A stretch of 64,000 nt of DNA, from the NCBI GenBank assembly GCA_964106915.2, contig OZ066915.1; one strand, 5' to 3'. Positions 26,601-39,433 of this stretch are shown in pieces. This stretch comes from Podarcis gaigeae. Lineage: Eukaryota. The notes below the pieces were generated by a model, which saw nothing but the letters and a program-made list of their open reading frames with translations, was not told the origin of the DNA and did not search any database. The translations under genes and the position numbers were made by a program. Position 1 is the first letter of the stretch. Every line of letters begins with the position of its first letter.

Positions 26601-28677
26601 TTTTTTTAATCCAGCTGAAGATATAATTGTCTGAGGAAGCCTTTGAAGGATAGTAATGTTTTTGCCTATGCTCTCAGATAGGTCACAATTCCATTTTGTA
26701 TGAGAGAGCCTGCTGAACAGTGCATACCTGTCTGGTGAAGTTTTTGAACCCTGCTATCCTTTGGAGCATACTGACTCTATAAGATGATGTGCATAGGCAA
26801 ATCCAGTGCTGGTCAAGTATGTCCTGTTGAAAGTAATTGAGAGTAACCACCTTGTGTTGCCCAAGAGACTCCCCAGACCTGTTACGCACGGCACTTGCAT
26901 TTGATAGTTGAATATATTTCCATGTGATAAGTTGAATTTATTTTCCATATATTTATTCCTCCGCTTGTAAGACTCCCAAGTGCCAGTGCTCCTTGTTTAG
27001 TGGTATAGATTAATAACTTCCAGGAACTGATCCAAGTCACTGATAGCCCCATCCATAGCCCTGTCAAGGCACAATATTTTGATTTTATCTCACTTAGTTC
27101 AGTGGAATTTTCTTTAAATGGAGGCTCTGAACGTCTGATGTGTCAATCAGCTGATGAGTCATGAAACATTTGGAGTCAAATGTGTATTTTTCAATAGGAA
27201 TCCTTCAAAAGAACCCATCATTTTCTATGGTTGCTCATTTGGCATCTTCAATATCATTTAAATACAAAGAAAAGTGTTCATAAAAAGAATTCTTCGGGAT
27301 CAGATCAAGAATTCCTGATGCTGGAAGCAGAGTTCAGTGGAGCTGCAAAATAAGAGCAACAGGGGACCAATCTGAGACCCTCAACTTCTCAAGGAGAGAA
27401 CTATGAGAATGGGAAAGATGGAGAAATAAGCAGCATGATGAGAATGGCAGGTGTCATATGAGAGTTCTCATACCTAGATCTTACTATGGCACCTGGATCA
27501 CCAGTCCAGTACCTGTGGGTTGTATGAGACCTGAGTGGAGGAGGTCCCCAACACATACAAGAATCAAATCCTACAACTCTAGAATGCACTCCATTCAAGG
27601 AATCTGAAGAAATGGGGGATCCAAGCTACACAGTGATGGAAAGGAGACACAGTGGGGCTGTTATTGAAATCCTTTGCTATGATTCTTCTAGAGAGCACAT
27701 TTTGCAGTTGCATGGTGATCCATAGCAAACCAAGTGCTTGAGCTTTTGGTGACTAGACTGCCTGTCTGCTTGCCCCATGCCCTTTCTGTATGTTTGGGGC
27801 ACACCTCAGCTGTGTCCAGACAGAGCAGATCCCTCCTTAAAATGGATATGTCTACCAGAATGGCCAAGTCTGTCAAGTGTGGCTGTTCAGACATGATTAA
27901 AAGTGACAGAGCAGTATAAAAATGCTTGGCTAAAAGGAAACATTAATGTCTTTACTGTCACCCTCAATGCAAAACAAAGAGATGAAGCTGCTGGGGATTT
28001 CTGAATGATGGAGTTGTCTTAAGATTGTTGGATCAGAGTGGTGGAGCCTGAAACCATAGTTAAACTTTATTATGGCTTTTAACTTTAAAGGCATGCTCTA
28101 TTTTTTCTTTACACTGCACTGTCTTATGTCTGGTTTCACTACAGCTTTGTGTATCAAATTAAATGAGTTAAAAGATGGTTTTATTCTAACATCATGTATC
28201 TCTGGTTCACTTACTTAGCAATTAAATTTGGAAGCCTCAAATTTATTCTGTACAGGAATGTACATACATCACAAGCTGGTATAAAAAAACACGTCCCTGC
28301 ACTTGAGAGGTCTTGTGGATGTCTGCCAGGAGGGGCTGAGCACTTTAGTTGGTACCTGTGTATTAATCTCCAATCTATTGAAGTGTTTAGATCTAGGACA
28401 ATAACCCCCCATTTTCGTAGACATCATTGTAGAATAGTGAGAACAGAAAACCTGCACAGCAGCATTAATGTTTCCTTAGTTATTCTATTGACTAAAGCTA
28501 CTGTTTCTGGGATCTTCAGTCTTCATGGTAATTAAACAGCAAAACACACACCAGGGAATAAAAATATACTGAGAAAATAGTTTTTCTTCAAAAAGAATAA
28601 ATTCCAATAACTGAGAGGACATCCTTTCCCAACCTGTTACCTTTCAAGTGTTTCGTACTACAACACCCATCAACCTC

Positions 28678-29211
28678 TTTTTTTAAATAAGATTTTTATT
28701 AAAGTTTCAAAAATTATATAAAAACAAAACAAAACAGTAATACAAACAGACAAAAAAAAAACAAGTATAATTTCAATCCCTTATTTTCTTACAACTTACT
28801 TCCCCGACTTCCTCATACCTCCCCTTTCTGTATTCCAATTTCTAATTTATTAATTCAGCAAATCCTTTCCCTTAATTTTCATTTATTTTTTGACCTTTCT
28901 TTTCTTTTTACTTATCCATTACAGCTGGAAACCACGTAATTTCTAAACCAACGTCCTTCTAACATTCATTAATTTTGCAATGTTTCTTAAGATAGTCCTT
29001 AAATTTCTTCCAATCTTCTTCCACTGTCTCTCTCCCCTGGTCTCGGATTCTGCCAGTCATCTCTGCCAGTCCCATGTAGTCTATCACCTTCATCTGCCAT
29101 TCATCCAAGGTGGGTAGATCTTGTGTCTTCCAATACTTTGCGATGAGTATTCTTGCTGCTGTTGTAGCATACATAAAGAATGTTCTATCCTTCTTTGACA
29201 CCAATTGGCCG
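28678..29211 (-). mobile_element. 5'-truncated L1/Tx1-clade LINE 3' end with 15-bp TSD, inserted in a MITE
   Basis: ORF2 C-terminus MYATTAARILIAKYWK...DWKKFKDYL, then 3' UTR, AATAAA and poly(A). TSD acacccatcaacctc is at 28663-28677 and 29212-29226. Confidence 0.92.
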
Positions 29212-29690
29212 ACACCCATCAACCTCAGCCAGCACATGCAACCCAAGGAAACTAGATTTGGATATTTTGGAACCTAGTATGAAGCTGAAGAGATTCCAGT
29301 TTTATTTTTGTGTATTTTTTGAGTAACATTACTGGCCTCACACGTCATGAGATAAAATGTCTTCCTTACCCTTTCTTATGGCTTTAGTCTCCGATATATA
29401 TTGCTGTGCTTTTTCTTTGTATGGTCCCTGGGCAGTTCTAAACTGGGGTTTCCTCCTATGCTGTACACCCTGAGAATTCTCTAGAACTTTAGGGTTGTAT
29501 CCAATGCTGTTAATGCAGAATTCCACTTGTGCAATAGAACTTCCCCTTCTTCTTTCCCTATGCACTCTCAAAATCTCCTCCATCCCCATGCAAGATCCCC
29601 AACTATAATCAGAGTAAGTTCTTTGCAAGTTGAAATAAAAATTGCAGCAAGCACCACTTCTTACAAATGAACCAGTTTGTCTCTCCTAAA

Positions 29691-30357
29691 CAGGGGCGCT
29701 GCCTTGGGTCCCAGATTATGGGCAGAGGTGTAGCTGGGGGGTGGGGTAGGGCGCACTGGGAGCCACACTGCGGGGGAGGCACTTACCATGGGGCCTGCAG
29801 CATGCCTGAACTACGTGTCTCTCTTGGAAGTGACGTGGTGGCTTGGGCGCCTGCAGGCTCTAGGCTGCCCAAATGGCAGCATGAGGCTTGCATCTGTCCG
29901 CTGCCTCCCCCCCCCCCCAGCCACCCTATAGCTGAGGGTGAGGCGGTGGGCAGACTCCAGGGAGGCTCTGTGCCCTGCGCCCTGCCATGGCACACCCCGC
30001 CCTGTGGCCTGCTTGTCCCACCCCCATGGGTGGCTTGCCCCTTCCCCCAGTACCCAAGCAGCTAGCTACACTGTTGATTTTGGATGCCCAATTGCACCCA
30101 TGACATAACGTTACGTTGTGACGTCATGACATCACTTTACATTGGTGCACTGCAGCAGTGTTTCCAAGGCCTCAACGGGGCCTGGGAGGTCACATCTGAG
30201 GCCTCATGAGACCTCCAATACAACTTCTGGTTTCTACTGGAAGTTGCATCGGAGGCTTTGCAGGGCCTTCCTCGGATATCGCGTCAGAGCCCCACGGCGT
30301 AGTTACCAAGCACCCACAAAACTACAGGGTTCCCTATAGTTGGTGCCAGTGCCCCTG
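29691..30357. mobile_element. hAT-like MITE (outer element of a nested pair)
   Basis: TIRs CAGGGGCGCTGCC / CAGGGGCACTGGC; internal palindromic segments; interrupted by 29723-30076. Confidence 0.7.
29723..30076. mobile_element. hAT MITE (inner element) with 8-bp TSD
   Basis: TIRs CAGAGGTGTAGCTGG / CAACAGTGTAGCTAG; degenerate 8-bp TSD attatggg (29715-22) / attttgga (30077-84). Confidence 0.72.
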
Positions 30358-31069
30358 CACTCTTTCAAGTACCAAAGGACTCTTGGAATAAAGCCACTGC
30401 CTACTTCTTCCTCCCTGCAGCCACCTACTTCCTTTCGCTCACGCGCGCGCACACACAAATACACAAAATGCACAAATGGGGGTGTTTTTGAAAAATCATT
30501 CAGCTCCAAATTTCCTCATTGTAGTCTGTGGAGGGGAAGCAGCATTCTGCACTGACTGATAAAGGCAGCAGGAAATTGGACATGTTGGGGAGCAATTTTT
30601 ACTATGCTGCTCTCTCACTGCATATTGCCAATTATCAAGTGTGTATGGCACGATCTCAATATTTCTTGTGAGAAAATGTATTTCCGTTTTTTACACCTTC
30701 CCAGAGGATAGTAACTGACAACATTATTTTATGCTGAAGCCTTTCTCCAAGAAAAAAAAAGTCAACACAGTAGTATGTTATGTAGTGGACTGTAGTTCAA
30801 AGGTTATGGCTTTCCACTAGGACCTGTGCCTATATTCCACTGCAATACAAATCTATGATGTAGCTACACTTTGAGTACTTTGTATAATTTTGATCACTGC
30901 ACCTCAAAATGAATATTGTAGACCTGGGAAAGGTGCAGAAAGGGCACCTCAAAATTACCAGGGAGTAAACTCCTACTCTGTTTTGCATTATTCTCAGATG
31001 TCATCTCATAACTTACTCTCCTTTCTGAATTGTAAAAACAAAATAAAGATATATCACCTAACTCCACTT

Positions 31070-31900
31070 CCAAGAATATAGGGACTTCCAGATGAAGATC
31101 TTGGCCTCCCTTTGGCTTTTCCTGAAACTGACCATTCATTTTGGTGACATATGCTTGTGTTTCTTTGGTATGGGTTCTCAAAATCTTAAATTACATACAC
31201 TAATGTAATACAGTACCATACCATACCCTTCCTCCTCAATTATTCAAGTGTCCATCTTATTTCTACGTTATCCCAAGCAATATACACTTTGCTTATCATA
31301 GAACATATAGATCCAATTCCATCCTCATAGAATATTGTTCCTGTTTCAGTACTTCAGCCTCCCAAAGAAAATGCTATCCTAAATGAATGCCTGTACTCTG
31401 TCACCAGACCAGGATACAAATAATATGAATAGTCAAAAGAAGCTTTTATTTATTTCTCTTGCTAATATTCTGACTTTTCTTAACATTTCATCATCCGTGC
31501 AAATTGATCTTATTTTCCGCATAACTATCTGCTAAAGACACCCATTGTCTCTAAATTTCTGTTTTGCAGTTAGAGACCACTGTTATCTCTACTGGGTTCT
31601 TCTTCCTGAATACTCCATGGCATCCAGAAATGTACTATAGTAGTGCCCACACTCTAAGTGAAAATAGATATCTGGGTGCTTTTTACATAGATAACTGCTT
31701 GCCATGGCAGACTTCCAATTAGATGTTGTTGCTAACTCTCATTCTTCATTCTATGCCATGACAGCTTCTCATGTTAAGGATGCAAAATTCCATTCTGTAT
31801 CAAATGTATTGACATATGCCTTCACCTTTGTTCCCACAGCCTGTCCATTTCTTCTCATGTAACTGTTGTCTCTTAATACAACCCTCAGTAGTTGATTATT
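31070..31900 (-). mobile_element. Highly degraded LINE, probably RTE clade
   Basis: Broken minus-strand reading frames with remnants such as GKAKGRPR (cf. RTE GKRxRGRP); many stops. Confidence 0.35.
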
Positions 31901-32137
31901 AAACATTTTCAAACTTTCTGTCTTACATGTTTTTTTCTGGACACAGCTACCCTCCTGTCACCCACTCTGCCCTGGATACTGGTGTTAGTTCTCAAGCAAC
32001 AAGTGAGAAATCACTGTGAATCTATAGCCACCTGTGATCTCTGTTATCTCCCTTTCATGATAGTCTTTCTTTCTGTTTTATGCTATGATTCACCTTTCCA
32101 GCAGATGTACCAGAATAAATGTGGTTTTCTAGTGTAT

Positions 32138-32320
32138 CATAAGAACTTAAGAGAGCTTCTGGATCAGGCCAGTGACCCATCTAGTCCAGCATCCTGTTCT
32201 CACAGCGGCCCGCCTGGTGCCTATAGAAAGCCCACAAGCAGCATCTGGGTAAAACAGCAACCCTTCTGTGGTTTCCAGCAACTGGTATTTGGAAGCACAC
32301 CACTTCCGACTATGGAGGTA
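32138..32320 (-). mobile_element. Degraded CR1-type 3' end
   Basis: cataagaacttaagagagc...ggatcaggccagtgacccatctagtccagcatcctgttctcacag is the reverse complement of a (TTCTTATG)n-tailed CR1 end. Confidence 0.72.
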
Positions 32321-34279
32321 TCTTTCCTTCCAAAGGTTGCGTCCCTCTTTATTCTCAATCAGGACATAAACTTTCCAGCTCTCCACCCAGAACGGAAAAA
32401 CAACAACAACAAATGCACACTACACACCTGCTAGCCTTGTACATTTTTGAGGACCACAAAGTTTGGAAGAATAACGTTTTTGTATGTAATGGCTCTCATA
32501 AAGGTAATTTGGTGTCATCTCAAAGACTATTTTGTTGGGTAGCATCTTCTAGTGATCTGGGCTACCAGTTAGCCAAACAACCCAGTTGCCAACTCATTCC
32601 ATAGAACAGCTACCTCCTCAGCACACTTTAATTAAACATCCTTCTTTGAACTTTGCAGAACTGCCACATGTACTGTCCTACCTATTTATCAGGCACTGTG
32701 CTCTGGATCTTAATTCCTGTGCTGATACTTCTTGTGAGATCTTCCATGAATGAAGTGTCTAGCTCTAGTTGGCTTACTAATCAGTCAATTGTAGGAGTTC
32801 ATGTAGCCCAGAAAGAAGAAACACAATTGACATACCTGTTCACAGGTGTCCTTCAAGTGGTCATCCACGCACCTTATTCTCCTCCTTCTCTGTTGATGTC
32901 TCTTACTTTTGTAGCTATGCAGAAGGAATTGAAAGAGCAGAACCACTTACTTATGTATTTGCAGATTTATAAACCACTTCACGGCCCAAATTTACTGAAA
33001 TGGTGTACAATAAAATGCAATAAAACAAAAAATGTATACGGCCATAATATCATTTCGACAAATATTATGGGTTTACACAAAGGACTACTTGAAGAACCCT
33101 AATTATACTAGATAAACACTATTTTCATTGAAGTGTGCAAAGAAAAGTGTGGAGCCTGCTGTAAACCATGGTTGAAAGTATTTCCCAAAGAATTGCATTA
33201 AACAAACAGCCTAGAAGCCATCTACTGACATTATATTTATGACCCATTTATGACTCTATTTGTTTGAATAAACAGGGTTTTTTAAAAGATGGTGCATCCA
33301 GTTCTCCTCTTGTACCTCCTAACTCTTCCTGCTTGGTGCCCAGCCTGCCCAATTGTATGACAGAGCTTAGTCCTTTGGTAGGTGCTCACCTGATTTGCTA
33401 ACCTAAAATGTACTTTTTTGTGAATTATGCATAAAGAGGGGAGTCAGCAATCTTTATTTACCAGTAACACCTGTTTTCCTTGCAATTCACATAATTTCCT
33501 CCCCGCTGAACATTCTGGCAGAGCAGAAGCTGAGAGATTATTTCCTGATGAACAACCTATTTTTAACTTAGTGAAAGTGTAACTTCTATGTCAGGGTTCC
33601 CTGATCTTGCAGGAGTAGTACTGCAATTTTATGGTATTTTCCCCTTCAGTGAATGAATGTTTATTAAGTACTTTTTTCTTTTTTGAATCTCAAGGTATTT
33701 GGCAGATGCTATCATTCTTGGCAGAGACATGCATTGTGGCTGCAGCTCAGACACTGTTTGTTCAGAATATGTTACTGTTCTATTTTGGGAACAAGAGTTA
33801 TAATATGTGGAGTTTGATTTTGGCAGTACTATGGACAGGGAAGAGGAATGACATGAAATTTGTCTCAGATGTGTGCTACACAGTTACATTGCCCTCTTCA
33901 TATTCTTACCACATGGACAAATTGCATATAACTGGGGGGAAACTAGCAGATTTTGCAGTACATCAGGGAGGGCAGACTTCAAACTTTTGTCATTCATGGT
34001 CCCCACCCCCTTTTACCAGAACTCTGGGGTTCACCCACTGGACCTAGTCACAGAATGGTTTGTTGAGGATGGAGTTTGATAGGTCAGGGGTGGAGCATAG
34101 CAGTCTATCCATCTATATCATGTTCTTACAAGTCCCCTGTCGCCAAGTGGTGCCATCCACATCTGATATCTGGCCATCACACATTACCTAATGCAATCCA
34201 ATCTACAACCCTGTTGCAAACACAAAGGAAGAACTTCAAGTTATTTAGTTAATCCAGTTGTAGAGTGCAGGTCGAGATA

Positions 34280-35190
34280 TACAGTGGTTCCGCTCCTTCC
34301 TCCTGGGCCGTGTCCAGAAAGTGGTGGTGGGGGGTGAGTGTTCAGACCCCTGGGCTCTCACTTGTGGGGTGCCTCAGGGTTCTGTCCTCTCCCCTATGCT
34401 TTTTAATATCTATATGAAGCCGCTGGGAGAGATCATCAGGGGGTTTGGACTGGGTGTTCATCAGTATGCAGATGACACCCAGCTCTACCTCTCCTTTAAA
34501 TCAGAACCAGTGAAGGCGGTGAAGGTCCTGTGTGAGTGCCTGGAGGCAGTTGGAGGTTGGATGACGGCTAACAGATTGAGGTTGAATCCTGACAAGACAG
34601 AAGTACTGTTTTTGGGGGATGCTCTAGTTATCTCACGCTTGGACTACTGCAACGCGCTCTACGTGGGGCTACCTTTGAAGGTGACCCGGAAACTGCAATT
34701 AATCCAGAATGCGGCAGCTAGACTGGTGACTGGGAGTGGCCGCCGGGACCACATAACACCGGTTCTGAGAGATCTGCATTGGCTCCCAGTACGTTTCCGA
34801 GCACGATTCAAAGTGTTGGTGCTGACCTTTAAAGCCCTAAACGGCCTCGGTCCTGTATACCTGAAGGAGCGTCTCCACCCCCATCGTTCAGCCCGGACAC
34901 TGAGTTCCCTCTGGTTCCCTCATTGCGAGAAGTGAGGCTACAGGGAACCAGACAGAGGGCCTTCTCGGTAGTGGCGCCCGCCCTGTGGAACGCCCTCCCA
35001 TCAGATGTCAAAGAGATAAAGAATTATCTGACGTTCAGAAGACATCTTAAGGCAGCCCTGGTTCAGGGAAGTTTTTAATATGTAATGCTGTACTGTTTTT
35101 AACACTGATTGGGAGCCGCCCAGAGTGGCTGGGGAAACTCAGCCAGATGGGCGGGGTATAAATAATAAATTATTATTATTATTATTATTA
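34280..35190 (+). mobile_element. Young 5'-truncated L2-clade LINE (RT C-terminal region plus 3' UTR) with internal deletions
   Basis: ORF 34321-34935 contains GVPQGSVLSPMLFNIYM, YADDTQLY, SRLDYCNALYVGLP, LQLIQNAAARL and DHITPVLRDLHWLPV; the element ends in an (ATT)n tail at ~35169-35190. Confidence 0.93.
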
Positions 35191-35846
35191 TACAAAGAGA
35201 AGCATATTTGCATCACATTAATAAAGAATAAGATTTTAAGGTTTTCTAAAAATGTTCACACACTGAAGCTGAGATTAGTCCACAGGACAAATAAATAAAT
35301 ACATTACAGAGTATTAAACAGTCAAGAAAGTGAGTGAAGCCATAGTCAATACATATGTAACAGAATGTTGCCAGCATTTGATGACAGAGTGTATAGATAA
35401 TGCTTACCTGTTTTACAGATGGGAAATACTGGGACTAGGTGCTGACTTGCCCAAAGGAGGTCTGTGATGTGAGACGCAAGCACAACTAACCACAAAAGCC
35501 AGTCATGGGCACACACATAGAGGTTTGACACAAAGCTGAATGGGAGAGGTAGAAGAGGACACAGACACACTTAGGGGAGAGCACATTCTTCAAAGTTCTG
35601 TGGCATTGACATGTATCTTCACTTTTCCCAAACCTGCTGTGCTATTGAATTGGAGGATTTATTTACTTATTATTTATTAGAATTATACACCACACTTTTC
35701 TCCAAAGGGGTTTAAGGCAGCAAAGTTCAAGATCACAGCAGTGTCTCCAAAAGAGTAGTAATACTACCAGCCTTAATACTAGAAACAGTTCTGAGGCAGA
35801 ATATAGGAACACTAGGACAATATAGTAATATATATCTAGTCCAATA

Positions 35847-36063
35847 CAGTCGTATCTTGGAAGTCGAACAGAATCCGTTCCAGAAGTCCGTTTGACTTCC
35901 AAAACGTTCAGAAACCAAAGCACAGCTCCTGATTGCGGAAGCTCTGTCGGATGTTCAGCTTTCAAAAAATAGTTCACAAACTGGAACCATCATTTCCGGG
36001 TTTGTGGCGTTCGGGAGCCAAAACGTTTGAGAACTAAACTGTTCAAAAACCAATGTACGACTG
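35847..36063. mobile_element. Tc1/mariner-superfamily (Tigger/pogo-like) MITE, 217 bp
   Basis: TA flanks at 35845-46 and 36064-65; TIRs CAGTCGTATCTTGG / CAGTCGTACATTGG. Confidence 0.85.
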
Positions 36064-38087
36064 TATAACCGAAACGAGAGAGCACGTTTTGTGTGTATTC
36101 TCTTTCCCCTCTGAAATATGATTCCAACTTTGAGATCAGGGTTTGGGGGGTTATTTTTTAAAAAATTAATTTCTGCAAGTGTGAGGGCACTGCAGTGAAG
36201 ATGCACAACTCTTAACATATATTGAAGAGTTACATGGGTGTTATGGTCCTGGGGGTTGTGTATAAAATCAGAACAACCCCTATCACCTGAGATCTTGAGA
36301 AGGCCTCCAGAGCCTGCATAAGACCTTCCTAGAGTCTGGTAAGCAAGGAAGAGGGCTTAAAAACACTTTCCGTGATGGGGAAACCCTTCCTGGAAAAAGC
36401 TTTTAAGCCTTTTGTCTTGTTTACCAGACTCTGGAATAGTTGCATGGGAACTTTGGAGGCTGCCAAGAGTCTCCTTCACCCTTTCTATTTGTTTGTTTGT
36501 AGAATTATGCAGATCACATAATAAACAAACAGTCACATAAGTAAAATCAGCATAAGGTGTGATTTGACAGCATTCCATTTTGAGCCTCTGTGCATCCTGA
36601 AATTGCAGCAATTTCGGGGCTATTTCTTGTTTGAAAAATAGTTTTTCATTCTAGGGTGATATCATTATACAACCTATAAGATTTGGCTATGTGATGATGT
36701 CACTGAGGGCATACAGTCAACAAAAAGAGAGTATTGCTCCCAGTGATGTCACTATGTCACCAAATTTGATTAGCTCTCTAGCAATCTCACTGTTACTCAA
36801 AAGAACATTTTTCAGACATAAAATGGAGCTGAGGCTACAGGTGCCAGAATTGTGAATCAGTACAAAAGAAGGGAGCTATTAGAGGTGTTTTGAAAAAGCT
36901 TTTGCCCCCCTCCAAGCCCATTTTTCACATATGCAAATTGTTTAATAGGGGCACATTCTGCTTAGCCCAGACAAGCATCAAAACACACCCGTAGTGTATA
37001 GTGCCTGCTAGTGGTACTAGTACATGACTCAATACCAACTAAAAAAGAGTGATGCCTACTGAGTCCCTAGTAATTTAATGGTCCCTTGACGTGCCAAATC
37101 AAATTCTGACTTCCCCTGATCTTATAACATCTAAGGAAATTGTGGAACAAAGATGCATGGCTACAGACTGCAAATTAATGTACAAAAGAAATTGCAAACC
37201 AGCCAAGATTATTTAAACATACTGTTGAAAGAAAGGTTCAGTGTCCACTATCAAGAAGTGGTGATGACCCAAGTAAGATGGAGACCAGGAGGTCCAGGGC
37301 TCCAGAATAGACTAGAAACTCAGACAAGGTTGGAGGTCTAGACAAAGTACCAAGATGCTGATTCAGGATCATAATTATCCATCCAGAGAAAGAAACACAT
37401 TGTCTCACCACTATTCTCAACTACAAGAGTTTTCTAGTCTGAGCTAGATAGTATTACAGCCTTGCCCCCTGAATCTATACCACTTAAAGGGCCAGCTGGT
37501 TTTTCTGCAACTGTTGGCTTCCTCTAGGGGCAGTGGATTTTAAACTGCAGGGACATTTTTAGGGGAAGCTCATTGTGGCTTCCTTGATCCTCCAAGGAGT
37601 CTATAGTCCAGTTGTTGGCATCTGCTGGCAGAGGTGCCCCCTTGGGGTTCAGGGAAATCCAGGTTGGAATGGCCAGAGAATAGATCTCCCTGCAAGGCTA
37701 TTTTTGACAAAGCCACTTGCAGCAGAGAACTTTGAATCTGGACTCTTCTGATAGATGAGAAACCTGTGCGCCTCCTGCAAGACTGGAATTGGCCTAATCC
37801 TTCTCTGTACTTTAGTTAAAGAAGAGGAAGAAGAGTACTTATGGTCTGCAATCTTTGCACTTCAGTGAGGATTGTCATCAGTAGTTGTTAGAGCAAGAAG
37901 GGACATTGGGGAGAGGGCAGGGACCATGCCAACGTAAATACCACTATGTCCTACACATGAGTAGCACACAAATAGAGCTCAAGTATAGAGGGCATTGGCC
38001 CTTTTCTCAGCTATGAGAACATAGCAGAAAGTGATGTCATAATTAAAAATGGTTAATGGCTTACACAAATATGTTGTTATCTGCTGT

Positions 38088-38101
38088 GTTGCCCTGGCAA
38101 C
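38088..38101. promoter_or_regulatory. Candidate RFX X-box
   Basis: GTTGCCCTGGCAAC matches the palindromic consensus GTTGCCATGGCAAC at 13 of 14 positions, in apparently non-repetitive intronic DNA. Confidence 0.45.
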
Positions 38102-39082
38102 TAACAACAGGATTTTTGGGTTTGCTGTTAATCTGACAAATTTATCTCTTCTTTACACTCTAGTTGCATTGTTCTCAAATCTAGGAATATAGTCATTCAG
38201 AGCAATGGATTACATGGGTCTTTGAGACAAGGATTTGAAACTGGTGCAAGGGTGCTGAGATTTTATGTGGGAATATGAAATATAGTTAACAGACATAACA
38301 ATCTATAGGTGGACGTATGTACAAGAAATGGAATAGCTTCTGAAATCTTATGCCTCATACTGTATATCTGAAATATGAATGCAGTAACTGCACTGCAGCA
38401 GCTTCTAAGCAGTTTCTGACTATTCTTAATCAGATTAATAAAATAATTCTTATTTTTATTGCTTGCCTATCTGTAGAAATAGCTCAGTTGCTCCACCGGA
38501 TTTGCCTTGATCTTTTTTCTCACACCACCTGATTGCTTCAAATTGAATTCTCAGTAAAATAATGGATCTTGCTGATTCTTGGCTAATCCAGACAACCAGC
38601 TCATTAAATGCATTTTAGCCTTTGCTACTGAGGTGGAAATGCCATGGAGCTTCTCCATGCTTCGCCTTGAGACTAGCCAATTTTGGCTCCCACCTATTTC
38701 TGTGCTGAATACTGGTTGGTTCTGGGGTCATCGCAATATGGCATGGGAGTCACTACTAATCAGTGAAGTCAGAGGTTCTAATTCTTACTGCAGCCACACT
38801 CCAGACAGCTCTCCAAATCATAGCAACTTTCCTTGGGAAATAATCTTATTCCTTTTTTGAACTACAAGATGCTGCTGTTCAAGTGCCGAGAGAGTGAAGA
38901 TTCCATTCTCTGCAACCTAGGTTTCTCCTTAAGAGATAACATCTGTATCCCATGTAACATCTGCTTATGGCCTCAGAGCACTTTCACCACATTTTTGTCC
39001 TGAGGTGGGTGGGGTTAGTATAAACTTGTGAATGTGGTTAAAGTTGGATAGGGCAGAAAAACAGCTCTTTCTACTCAAACAG

Positions 39083-39433
39083 TAAGGTAAAGGTAAAGGT
39101 ACCCCTGCCCGTACGGGCCAGTCTTGACAGACTCTGGGGTTGTGCGCCCATCTCACTCAAGAGGCCAGGGGCCAGCGCTGTCCGGAGACACTTCCGGGTC
39201 ACGTGGCCAGCGTGACATCGCTGCTCTGGCGAGCCAGAGCCGCACACGGAAACGCCGTTTACCTTCCCGCTGGTAAGCGGTCCCTATTTATCTACTTGCA
39301 CCCGGAGGTGCTTTCGAACTGCTAGGTTGGCAGGCGCTGGGACCGAGCAGCAGGAGCGCACCCCGCCGCAGGGATTCGAACCGCCGACCTTTCGATCAGC
39401 AAGTCCTAGGCGCTGAGGCTTTAACCCACAGCC
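39083..39433 (-). mobile_element. Sauria SINE, slightly 5'-truncated
   Basis: Nearly identical to the 22976-23336 copy with an (ACCTTT)n tail; it lacks the first ~15 nt and no TSD is visible. Confidence 0.93.

Noticed and set aside
31892-32434. 180-aa plus-strand ORF
   Set aside because: TTG start, crosses a CR1 3' fragment, and looks like random sequence.
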